A stretch of 64,000 bases of DNA from Candidatus Falkowbacteria bacterium. Its GTDB lineage: Bacteria; Patescibacteriota; Patescibacteriia; UBA11705; JACRDX01. Below the pieces are notes generated by a model. That model made no database searches and was not told the origin of the DNA. It saw only the letters and a list, made by a program, of their open reading frames with translations. The stretch lies in the NCBI GenBank assembly GCA_043798985.1, contig JAZDOE010000002.1, positions 22,500-86,499 on the forward strand, written 5' to 3'. Of the stretch, positions 9,682 through 18,011 are shown in pieces (position 1 is the stretch's first letter; every line of letters starts with the position of its first letter). Made by a program: the position numbers and the translations under genes.

Positions 9682-9837
9682 AGACGAGATATATCTCGTC
9701 TCTACCTTAAACACCCACCCCCTGCCAAAACTTGGCAGGGGTATTTTTATTCAATTTACAACGAATAAAAAATATGAGACAATTAACATAAATCCGAAAC
9801 AATAGTTTAGGATTTCGCATTTCGGATTTATCTAATT

Positions 9838-11118
9838 ATGTCCAAACTCATAATCCAAGGCAATGCAAAATTAAGCGGAACATATTTGCCTCAAGGCAAT
9901 AAAAACGCTGCGCTCCCAATCATTAGCGCAACACTTTTAATTAAAGGCAAGGTTATTTTAAACAATGTCCCGGAGATTGAAGATGTTTTAACGTTAATAG
10001 AAATAATCAAAAAACTTGGCGTTAAAGTAGAAAAGCTTGGCGCTAATCGTTTTTCTTTTGATGCCAGCGAAGTGCCGAACAATATTCCAGATCCAGAACT
10101 TTCCAGAAAAATTCGCGGCATATTATTGCTAATCCCGGGCTTGATTTATCGCGCGGGCAAAACACAACTTTCGTTTTTTGGCGGTGATCCTATTGGCATC
10201 CGCCAAATAGATACGTTCGCGCAGGCAATCAAATCGCTCGGCGCAGACATTGAAAACAAAAACGATTCGCTGGTATTTCACGCTAAAAAAATCATTGGCA
10301 ATCAACTTTATCTGGACGAAGCCAGCGTTGTGGCGACTGAAAGCGCGATTATTTTGGCGAGCGTTGCCAATGGTATCACGGAAATTTTTAACGCGGCATG
10401 CGAACCGCACGTGGCTGACCTTTGCATTTTTTTGAACCAATGCGGCGCGAAAATCACTGGCATTGGCTCAAACCATCTCAAAATCCACGAGACAACAGAA
10501 CTGCGACCAGCCGAATATTCAATTTGCCCTGATCACATTGAAATCGGCAGCATCGCGGTTTTGGCAGCTGTGACTGGCAGTGAAATAACAATAAACAATG
10601 TAAATCCAACAACTTTTTATTGGATAAATCACGGCTTTGCCAAACTGGGCGTGAATTTAACATTTGAAAACAATCAACTGATAATCAAGAAAAAACAACC
10701 ACTAAAAGTCGCTGAAAGTTTGAACCGCCAGATACAAAAATTGGATGATGGTCCATGGCCGGCTTTTCCAACGGATTTGCTAAGTTTAATGATTGTTTTG
10801 GCAACACAAATAAAAGGCGAAGTTTTATTTTTTGAAAAAATGTTTGACAGCCGTTTGTTTTTCACTGACTCTTTGCGGAAAATGGGCGCGAAAATCACGC
10901 TATATGACCCGCACCGCGTCGTGGTCAATGGCCCAACAAAATTGCGCGGACAAAAATTAACATCCTACGATATCCGCGCGGGCATGGCATTGTTGGTTGC
11001 GTCACTGTGCGCCGATGGACAGAGTGAAATAGACAATGCTTATCAAATTTATCGCGGATACGAACGGATTGATGAACGTTTGAACGCGCTTGGGGCAAAT
11101 ATAAAAAAGCTTGATTAA
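9838..11118 (+). CDS. murA: UDP-N-acetylglucosamine 1-carboxyvinyltransferase
   Basis: N-terminus MSKLIIQGNAKLSGTY and overall EPSP-synthase-like fold pattern typical of MurA. Confidence 0.9.
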   Translation: MSKLIIQGNAKLSGTYLPQGNKNAALPIISATLLIKGKVILNNVPEIEDVLTLIEIIKKLGVKVEKLGANRFSFDASEVPNNIPDPELSRKIRGILLLIPGLIYRAGKTQLSFFGGDPIGIRQIDTFAQAIKSLGADIENKNDSLVFHAKKIIGNQLYLDEASVVATESAIILASVANGITEIFNAACEPHVADLCIFLNQCGAKITGIGSNHLKIHETTELRPAEYSICPDHIEIGSIAVLAAVTGSEITINNVNPTTFYWINHGFAKLGVNLTFENNQLIIKKKQPLKVAESLNRQIQKLDDGPWPAFPTDLLSLMIVLATQIKGEVLFFEKMFDSRLFFTDSLRKMGAKITLYDPHRVVVNGPTKLRGQKLTSYDIRAGMALLVASLCADGQSEIDNAYQIYRGYERIDERLNALGANIKKLD

Positions 11119-11266
11119 AAAATTCGAAATCCGAAATTCTAAACTCGAAACAAATTCCAAGTCCGACCACGCCTGCCGGCGGGCAGGAATCCGAATGTTT
11201 CAAACATTGAAAAATTCGTGCTTCGTGCTTGTTTAGGATTTCGTGCTTCGTATTTCGTATTTATAT
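11119..11266 (+). repeat. AT-rich palindromic intergenic repeat (modules AATCCGAAAT, AATGTTTCAAACATTG, TTCGTGCTTCGTGCTT) with embedded GC palindrome CCTGCCGGCGGGCAGG
   Basis: same modules recur at 28164-28208, 41516-41645, 51293-51425, 62815-63060, 9775-9837. Confidence 0.7.
11167..11187. repeat. GC-rich palindrome module GCCTGCC-GGCGG-GCAGG
   Basis: related copies at 17852-17875 and 62964-62984. Confidence 0.6.
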
Positions 11267-12754
11267 ATGAAAGATTTAAAAGTTCGGCAAGACAGAATAA
11301 AAAAATTGGAAGCGCTTATTGCCAGCGGCGTAATTCCTTACGCGGACCGCTTTGACCGCACTCACTCATTGGCGCAAATCTCGGATTTGCCAGCCAACGA
11401 AAAAGTCCGCGTCGCAGGCCGCTTAATGTTGATTCGCGACATGGGCAAATTAACATTCGCGCATTTGCAGGATTTTTCAGGTCGCAGGCAAATTGTTTTG
11501 CATGATACTGATTTGGGCAAAGAAAATTACAAAAACTTTTTGCAATTGATAAACGTCGGCGACTTCATCGGCGTTGACGGCGAAGTGTTTACCACGAAAA
11601 AAGGCGAGATTTCTATATTGACTACAAGCTACAAGCTACTCAGCAAATCTCTACGGCCATTGCCTGAAAAATGGCATGGTTTAAAAGATCAGGAGCTTTG
11701 CTATCGCCAAAGATATTTGGATTTGACAATGAATTCTGAAACAATGGAACGGTTCAAATTCCGTAGCGAATTTATCCGCGAACTGCGTGAATTTTATCAC
11801 CAAAACGGATTTGTGGAATTGGAAACTCCGATTTTGTGCAATGCCGCGTCAGGCGCTTTGGCAAAACCGTTTACCACGCGCCACAATGCTTTGGACTTGG
11901 ATGTTTATCTGCGAATCGCGCCGGAAATTTATTTGAAAGAAGCAATTGCCGGCGGTTTTGAAAAAGTTTTTGAAATCGGCCGCGTGTTTCGCAATGAAGG
12001 AATTGACCCGTCGCATTTGCAAGAATTCACAATGGTTGAGCATTATTGCGCGTACTGGGATTACAAAGACAACATGGCTTTTACCGAAAAAATGCTGACA
12101 ACCTTGATAAAAAAATTAAAAGGCACGCTAAAATTACCAATAATCAATCGCGACAATAAAGAAATTGAAATTGATTTTAACGCGCCATGGAAAGTTGTGT
12201 CATTCCGCGAACTTTTGAAAAAAGACTGCGGCATTGATATTGATAAATTTTCTGACGCGGAAAGTTTGCGCAAAGAAATCAAAAAGAAAAAGATAAACAT
12301 TAAAGACGCGGAAAAATTAGGACGCGGAAATTTAATTGACAGCCTTTACAAAGAAGTTTCGCGTGCGAGTATTATCAATCCAACATTTTTAATCAATCAT
12401 CCGATAGATCTTTCACCGCTCGCGCGCAAGAATGATGAAAATCCGGAAATCGTTGATCGGTTCCAATTGGTTGTGAATGGTTGGGAAATTATAAACGCGT
12501 ACAGCGAATTGATCGATCCGATTGATCAAGCGCAAAGATTTGAACAACAAATGACAGCGCGACAAGCTGGCGACGAAGAAGCAATGTTAAAAGACGACGA
12601 ATATATTGAGGCAATGGAATATGGAATGCCACCGATTTCCGGCTGGGGCATGGGAATGGAGCGGCTGCTCACGCTTTTGACAAAACAGCCAAATTTGAAA
12701 GATATTGTTCTCTTTCCGCTGATGAAACCGTTAGATGAGCAAAACGTATCCTAA
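11267..12754 (+). CDS. lysS: lysine--tRNA ligase (class II)
   Basis: OB-fold N-terminus plus class II core with conserved motifs; start set to first ATG (track ORF starts at GTG 11243). Confidence 0.9.
   Translation: MKDLKVRQDRIKKLEALIASGVIPYADRFDRTHSLAQISDLPANEKVRVAGRLMLIRDMGKLTFAHLQDFSGRRQIVLHDTDLGKENYKNFLQLINVGDFIGVDGEVFTTKKGEISILTTSYKLLSKSLRPLPEKWHGLKDQELCYRQRYLDLTMNSETMERFKFRSEFIRELREFYHQNGFVELETPILCNAASGALAKPFTTRHNALDLDVYLRIAPEIYLKEAIAGGFEKVFEIGRVFRNEGIDPSHLQEFTMVEHYCAYWDYKDNMAFTEKMLTTLIKKLKGTLKLPIINRDNKEIEIDFNAPWKVVSFRELLKKDCGIDIDKFSDAESLRKEIKKKKINIKDAEKLGRGNLIDSLYKEVSRASIINPTFLINHPIDLSPLARKNDENPEIVDRFQLVVNGWEIINAYSELIDPIDQAQRFEQQMTARQAGDEEAMLKDDEYIEAMEYGMPPISGWGMGMERLLTLLTKQPNLKDIVLFPLMKPLDEQNVS
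12412..12729 (+). repeat. direct repeat copy 1 (318 bp, lysS 3' end inside the intact gene); copy 2 at 15283-15600, about 94% identical
   Basis: base-by-base comparison of the two segments; differences mostly synonymous or conservative. Confidence 0.85.
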
Positions 12755-12873
12755 TTTAGTAAATTTTTACTTTGTTTGACAAAATTTACCTTTTGATATA
12801 TGTTGAAATGTTCGGTTTAAACCATTCCGCATCCGAACAACCGCCCCTTAACAACTAACAAGAGGTAAACAAA

Positions 12874-13815
12874 ATGGACGCTATCTGGAATCTGACGAGA
12901 GCCTGCCCTTGGGATTGCGAGATTTGTTGCGTTTCTGGTCTGCACGTCTGCACCACAACCAAGCACCTTGTCCAGTCTAATGCAAAAGAGAAAGGCGAAG
13001 AACTCACTTTAGCCGAAAAACTAACAGTGTTAAAAATGCTAGCCGACAAAGATTGCGAAATTGATTTTTCCGGTGGCGACCCATTATATTACGACGAGGA
13101 TTTCCGAGTGGTAGAGCAAGCAACTCGTTGGCTGCCATCTAGAAAAATTGGCGTTAGTATGACCGGCAGTAAAATCACTGACGCCAAACTGGAACTTTTG
13201 CAGAGAGTTGGTGTAACAGAATTCACATTAGATAATCTGCCGGAAACAGAAAATCCTTTCCGTCCTCGCGGCTATAATCCCGCGTCAATGGTTGCAATGA
13301 AGAAATGCATTGCCGCGGGAATAAAGACAAGAGCGGTTACCGTTCTCTACCCGGTGACAATGACCGAGAACAACCTTGCAAGCATATATCGCTGGCTATG
13401 CGAGAACGGCATCGCCGAATGGGAACTTCTGAGATTCTATCCGGTAGGCCGTGCAACCAAACTTGCAAAAATAGCCCCATCTAACCAGGAATATCTCAAG
13501 GCAATGCAATTTTTGCGGGGACTGCATGGATTTACAAGAATCTTTTTCCAGCACTCACTCAGAATGCTGGAAGGAACCGTGAAATGTCCTGCTGTGATAG
13601 ACTCAATCGGGATTCTCCCCGACGGGCAAGTAACGGCGTGCGCATGGGCGCTTGATGAATACTGCAAACATTTTAAGGGATTTCGCCTTGGCAAATTGCC
13701 GGAAGAAACGCTAGATCAAATTCTGGAAAGGGCAAGAAAAACCCCATGCTATGCCGACAGAACAAAATACTGCCGAACAATTGCCTATGTACAGAAAGAC
13801 AATGAAGGGCGGTGA
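12874..13815 (+). CDS. radical SAM protein with C-terminal SPASM/twitch-like Cys cluster
   Basis: CPWDCEIC (CxxxCxxC), GGDP SAM motif, C-terminal Cys cluster CPAV...CAWALDEYC...CYADRTKYC; own promoter TTGACA-17-TATGTT and RBS AAGAGG. Confidence 0.7.
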   Translation: MDAIWNLTRACPWDCEICCVSGLHVCTTTKHLVQSNAKEKGEELTLAEKLTVLKMLADKDCEIDFSGGDPLYYDEDFRVVEQATRWLPSRKIGVSMTGSKITDAKLELLQRVGVTEFTLDNLPETENPFRPRGYNPASMVAMKKCIAAGIKTRAVTVLYPVTMTENNLASIYRWLCENGIAEWELLRFYPVGRATKLAKIAPSNQEYLKAMQFLRGLHGFTRIFFQHSLRMLEGTVKCPAVIDSIGILPDGQVTACAWALDEYCKHFKGFRLGKLPEETLDQILERARKTPCYADRTKYCRTIAYVQKDNEGR

Positions 13816-13821
13816 AATACT

Positions 13822-14622
13822 ATGATAATCAATACGATACAATGCAAAACCGTCTTAACAAAAAGCAAACTACCAGAAGTAGCATATTGTATCAATCCGT
13901 ATGTTGGCTGTTTGCACGCGTGTGCATATTGTTACGCCCGCTTTATGCGCCGATTTACCGGCCACTTGGAGCCGTGGGGTTGTTTTCTTGATGTCAAACT
14001 AAATGCACCGGAAATCTTAGCAAAAGAATTGGCCAAAGAGCCAAAAAGAGGCGCGGTGCTTTTGGGCAGCGTCACGGATGCCTATCAACCAATTGAACAG
14101 AAATATCGTCTTACTAGAGCGATCCTGGAAATCTTGCTTCAGCACGATTTTCCGGTTTCTATTTTGACCAAGTCCGATCTTGTCGTCCGCGATATAGACC
14201 TCTTTAAACAATTCAATGAATGCGAAGTGGGTCTGACTCTGACGACAACGGACGCTGAAATTGCCAAAGACCTTGAGCCCGGGGCTGCTATTCCTCAAAA
14301 AAGAATAGCGGCGCTCGAAACTTTGCACAAAAACGGCATTAGCACGTACGCTTTCATCGGGCCAATTCTGCCAGGCCTTACCGATCTTGACGCCGTCTTT
14401 GGGAGCATTCGGGATAAGGTTAACTTTGTAATGGCAGAAAGCTTGAATACGAAATGTGGAAACTGGCAAAACATCCAAGCTGTTCTATCAAAAAGATACC
14501 CCCACCTCTTGCCGCTCTATCAGGTCGGTCTTGATAAAGCGTACTGGGATAGCATTGAAAATCAGGTAAAAGCCTTAAGCAAAAGATTCAACATTCCGCT
14601 GAAAGGCTTCTACCGGCACTAA
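13822..14622 (+). CDS. SplB-like radical SAM protein (COG1533 DNA repair photolyase family)
   Basis: motif NPYVGCLHACAYCYA typical of the spore-photoproduct-lyase-like family. Confidence 0.7.
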   Translation: MIINTIQCKTVLTKSKLPEVAYCINPYVGCLHACAYCYARFMRRFTGHLEPWGCFLDVKLNAPEILAKELAKEPKRGAVLLGSVTDAYQPIEQKYRLTRAILEILLQHDFPVSILTKSDLVVRDIDLFKQFNECEVGLTLTTTDAEIAKDLEPGAAIPQKRIAALETLHKNGISTYAFIGPILPGLTDLDAVFGSIRDKVNFVMAESLNTKCGNWQNIQAVLSKRYPHLLPLYQVGLDKAYWDSIENQVKALSKRFNIPLKGFYRH

Positions 14623-14642
14623 GAGTCGCGAAGTATACTTGC

Positions 14643-14677
14643 GCCGCTAACATCCAACGGGATAGCGGCTTTTTTCT
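14643..14677 (+). terminator. Rho-independent terminator (GCCGCTA...TAGCGGC plus T7)
   Basis: seen directly after the SplB-like gene. Confidence 0.55.
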
Positions 14678-14729
14678 TTACAATGTTGCCAATATTTTGT
14701 ATCCTTAAAACAAAACTAACTATATTATT

Positions 14730-15194
14730 ATGAACATGAAACAATTATGCAAATTTTTAATTAAAGCCAAGATAAACACATATGCGTCGCAGGGGGAAAA
14801 TGGAAAAATGATTTTGTCTGACGGAAGCAACGAGTTTAAATTTCAAGAAAAAACGTTTAGCTACCGAGACAGACATTTTGGATTCAATCCTTTTATTGGC
14901 GAAGAAATTGTTTGGCAAAGCAAAAAAGCAGCTTGGGGCATGAATTATTATGGGAAAATTATTGCAAAAATTATTCCCGCAAAAAATATTTACTCATTCC
15001 TTCAAGAAGCATTAAAGAAGCCGAATGCGGACAAGCCATTCCGCGGACCTGCTAATTTCAGAAATGGCGACCTTAGATATATTAACAAAATGCAAGGAAC
15101 AGTTAAAAACTTCACCGGGGCAGAAACAATTTTTTATAAAAAACAACAAATATACCAACTAATTTATCATGGCGGCTTGATAATAATAAAATAA
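14730..15194 (+). CDS. hypothetical protein (154 aa, AT-rich)
   Basis: clean ORF within the lysS-repeat-bounded islet; no recognisable family. Confidence 0.5.
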   Translation: MNMKQLCKFLIKAKINTYASQGENGKMILSDGSNEFKFQEKTFSYRDRHFGFNPFIGEEIVWQSKKAAWGMNYYGKIIAKIIPAKNIYSFLQEALKKPNADKPFRGPANFRNGDLRYINKMQGTVKNFTGAETIFYKKQQIYQLIYHGGLIIIK

Positions 15195-15283
15195 AAAAAC
15201 GACGAGAAACATTGTTCTCGCCAACATCCAAAAATCAACGCCCTCCCGCTAATCCTCCGACTTTCCGCGCAACCTGCGCTGCT

Positions 15284-15622
15284 TCACCGCTCGCGCGCAA
15301 GAATGATGAAAATCCGGAAATCGTTGTTCGGTTGCAATTGGTTGTGAATGGTTGGGAAATTATAAACGCGTACAGCGAATTGATCGATCCGATTGATCAA
15401 GCGCAAAGATTTGATCAACAAATGACTGCCCGCAAAGCCGGCGACGAAGAAGCGATGTTAAAAGATGACGAATATGTTGAGGCAATGGAATATGGAATGC
15501 CGCCGATTTCCGGCTGGGGCATGGGAATGGAGCGGCTACTCACGCTTTTGACAAAACAGCCGAATTTGAAAGATGTTGTGCTGTTCCCGCTGATGAAACC
15601 AACAGAACCGACAGATGAATAA
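15284..15622 (+). pseudogene. lysS 3' fragment (last about 110 codons, no 5' part), direct repeat copy 2
   Basis: protein-level match SPLARKNDENPEIV...LFPLMKP to LysS C-terminus; followed by terminator. Confidence 0.75.
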
Positions 15623-15634
15623 TATAAAAAAATC

Positions 15635-15675
15635 ACCCCTCACTAAGTTTTAGTGGGGGTTTTGTTTGCTTTTTT
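15635..15675. terminator. bidirectional hairpin plus T-tracts (likely native lysS terminator and terminator of the convergent minus-strand gene)
   Basis: ACCCCTCACTAA / TTAGTGGGGG stem followed by TTTGTTTGCTTTTTT. Confidence 0.45.
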
Positions 15676-16867
15676 AACCCGCGCCTGCGCAACGCAGGCG
15701 CTTTGCTTCCGCAAATACCAGCATCATCCATTCTGGCAGTTTCACGCCAAGCCGCAATCCCATTGGAGCCAATTTTTCCTTGACTTCTTTCAATGACTTG
15801 CGACCAAAGCCCCTTGTTTTCAGCAATTCAGCTTCTTCTTTAACAATCAAATCTCCAATGTACATGAGTCCTGCCTTTTTCAGGCAATTGGATGACCGCA
15901 CAGACAAACCCTCAAACGCAGAACGCGCATCGCGCAACATCAGCGTCAATGAAACCGAAACGCCATCAGGTGCAACGAATTTGTATTCGTCTAATGCTGT
16001 TTCGCCTTGCTTTTCCGCAACGGCTTTCAACCCTGCTTGCGTCTTCCAATCGGCAATCATGTCGCGCACTTCTTCATCGCTTCCGCGCAACAGCTTCTGG
16101 AATGTCTGTAGCGCACACTGCCGCAGCCTCTCCTTTGCCAAATATTCCAAACTGCGTACACGCGACTTGGTCATTTTCATCAACGTTGCTGCTTCGGCTT
16201 TCTTTACTTTGAGTCCTCTCAAGCCAAAGTGCAATTCCAACGCAGTTTTCCAATTTGGCAGTAGATGCTTTCGCAACAATGCGTCAATGAACTTTGCCGC
16301 GTCATCTGGCCACACAGACGACAATGTTAGCCGCGCCTTTTCGTCGCATAACTTTCGCACAATCAATTCCTGAAATTCCTGCTTTGACGCTGGCAAAGGC
16401 ACGCCCTGTTTGAACGTTGCCAAAACATCGTCAAATGAATCAGCTGACGCAGAGCTCTTGCCCAACACTGCAAAACACAGATCACGATATGGCTCGCACT
16501 CTGCTGAACAGAGCGGTTTGCTCAATGCGCGCATTGTTGCCTGCACTCCAGCGTAAAACTGCCGAAGCCCTTCAATGTCCAAGTAGCGGCCAAGAAGCAC
16601 AAACATCGCGGTCCGATGCTTTTTTATAATCAGCTCATGGGCATCGTGCGGCTCCATGTATCGTCGCAATGCCGCGCGATATTTTTCCTTTTGATCAACT
16701 GGTCCAAACAGCAATTGCCGCTTTTTCAGCCAAACAATATCATTTCTGACATTGTATTTGCTTGTTTTCAACAGTTCCGCGATTTCTTTTTCTCCCAAAC
16801 CAAGTAGCTTGAGCTCTTGAACAAAATCCAGCCGCTTTCGCCTTTCCGGTGTCGTTTTCAAAGACAT
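15674..16867 (-). CDS. hypothetical DNA-binding protein with C-terminal RNA polymerase alpha-subunit CTD-like domain; GC-rich
   Basis: C-terminus [21 protein letters not shown]...[19 protein letters not shown] matches the alphaCTD helix-hairpin-helix signature; start at ATG with SD GGAGG (track M15). Confidence 0.65.
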   Translation of the reverse strand: MSLKTTPERRKRLDFVQELKLLGLGEKEIAELLKTSKYNVRNDIVWLKKRQLLFGPVDQKEKYRAALRRYMEPHDAHELIIKKHRTAMFVLLGRYLDIEGLRQFYAGVQATMRALSKPLCSAECEPYRDLCFAVLGKSSASADSFDDVLATFKQGVPLPASKQEFQELIVRKLCDEKARLTLSSVWPDDAAKFIDALLRKHLLPNWKTALELHFGLRGLKVKKAEAATLMKMTKSRVRSLEYLAKERLRQCALQTFQKLLRGSDEEVRDMIADWKTQAGLKAVAEKQGETALDEYKFVAPDGVSVSLTLMLRDARSAFEGLSVRSSNCLKKAGLMYIGDLIVKEEAELLKTRGFGRKSLKEVKEKLAPMGLRLGVKLPEWMMLVFAEAKRLRCAGAG

Positions 16868-16968
16868 GGCATCCTCCTTCATCAAATTGCCAAAGATCAA
16901 AACTTTCAACTCCTTATCTTAATCTTTTCAATTTATTTTGTCAATAAACTCTTAAAATTACACGAAAT

Positions 16969-16996
16969 TTGACTTTTTATAAAAATGTAGTATGAT
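16969..16996 (+). promoter_or_regulatory. sigma70-like promoter TTGACT-16-TATGAT upstream of 17020 gene
   Basis: seen directly; RBS GGAGGTG before ATG. Confidence 0.45.
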
Positions 16997-17019
16997 GAAA
17001 ATAGAAATGGAGGTGCGCC

Positions 17020-17760
17020 ATGAAAAATGCGGAGTGGATGATTTTTGCCATCGCGTGCGCGATGGTCATTGGTTGCGACTCAACAGACGTTGACGCGACG
17101 GATACGGACACTTCTGATCCGTGCGCTCTGAAAGGTGACAGACCAACCTACTGCGACGAAGACGTCGCCACTGATGACGACAGCGAAGCGCCGCCAATCC
17201 ACTACTGCGGGGACAACGTGTGCCATACATGGGACATTCTGCATGCTGACCCGTATGTGTGGGAAAGCGGAACTGCCGAGGACTGCGGCAATTGCGCGGA
17301 AGACTGTCCGTGCAACACGTGGGGCTGGACGTGCAAGGCGATCGGAGCGTATCCTGACTCGTGGGAAGGCGAAAAATCCGAATGTCTGGACGACCCGTGG
17401 TATGAGTTCAAACTCGCGATCACGGGGACGTACGAGGACGAGTGGGGTGCGCAATTCATCTTCACCTACGATCAATTTGGCTACATCCCGGGCTGTTCTT
17501 GCGCATTCACAGCTGGCGATGGACCAGGCGGAGTATGCTTCACAGAACCAGAAGTGACTCCGTGCAGCCAGCCAACAACGCCGCCTTTTAGCACTTGGTT
17601 CACCTGCGACATTCTTGCCAATAGCATTGGCACACAAATGAGCCAATGGTGCGACAACCTTCCGCAAGACAACCACTGCGCTGACGACTGCGGAACGCTC
17701 GGCGTCAAAGTCAACATCTGCGGTAGCCAGCTTTGGAAGGTTTCGCACAAGGTTGAGTGA
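17020..17760 (+). CDS. acidic cysteine-rich lipoprotein, GC-rich (about 58%)
   Basis: signal peptide plus lipobox VIGC, many Cys and Asp; no recognisable domain. Confidence 0.65.
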   Translation: MKNAEWMIFAIACAMVIGCDSTDVDATDTDTSDPCALKGDRPTYCDEDVATDDDSEAPPIHYCGDNVCHTWDILHADPYVWESGTAEDCGNCAEDCPCNTWGWTCKAIGAYPDSWEGEKSECLDDPWYEFKLAITGTYEDEWGAQFIFTYDQFGYIPGCSCAFTAGDGPGGVCFTEPEVTPCSQPTTPPFSTWFTCDILANSIGTQMSQWCDNLPQDNHCADDCGTLGVKVNICGSQLWKVSHKVE

Positions 17761-17791
17761 GATCGCTGTCGCAACCCCTGTTTGCGACAAA

Positions 17792-17823
17792 CCCCCGAAC
17801 AAACTGTTCGGGGGAATTTTTTA
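17792..17823 (+). terminator. Rho-independent terminator (CCCCCGAAC...GTTCGGGGG plus T run)
   Basis: seen directly. Confidence 0.6.
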
Positions 17824-17829
17824 TCTGTC

Positions 17830-17935
17830 ATTCCGACCCCTTGTAAAGGGGGAGCCTGCCTGCCGGCAGGCAGGGAATCCCTTGCAGAGATTTTGCGAAG
17901 GGATTTCTCACCCGCCAAGGCAGGTTCGAAATGAC
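17830..17935. repeat. palindromic repeat (arms TGTCATTCCGA / TCGAAATGACA) with inserted GC palindrome CCTGCCTGCCGGCAGGCAGG; compact copy at 32268-32330
   Basis: shared strings GCGAAGGGATTTCTCACCC and GGTTCGAAATGACA. Confidence 0.6.
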
Positions 17936-18011
17936 AACAAAAGACGCCCTAACTTTATGTCAAAGCGCCTTCTTGTCCACTCCCTAGTTACCAGTTACCA
18001 GCCCCTGCTTT

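Noticed and set aside
12855-13049. 64-aa minus-strand ORF as a possible precursor peptide for the rSAM-SPASM enzyme
   Set aside because: It lies antisense within the rSAM gene itself. No independent signals.
17080-17802. 240-aa antisense ORF and other overlapping ORFs opposite the GC-rich lipoprotein gene
   Set aside because: High GC produces long spurious antisense ORFs. The plus-strand gene has promoter, SD, signal peptide and terminator.
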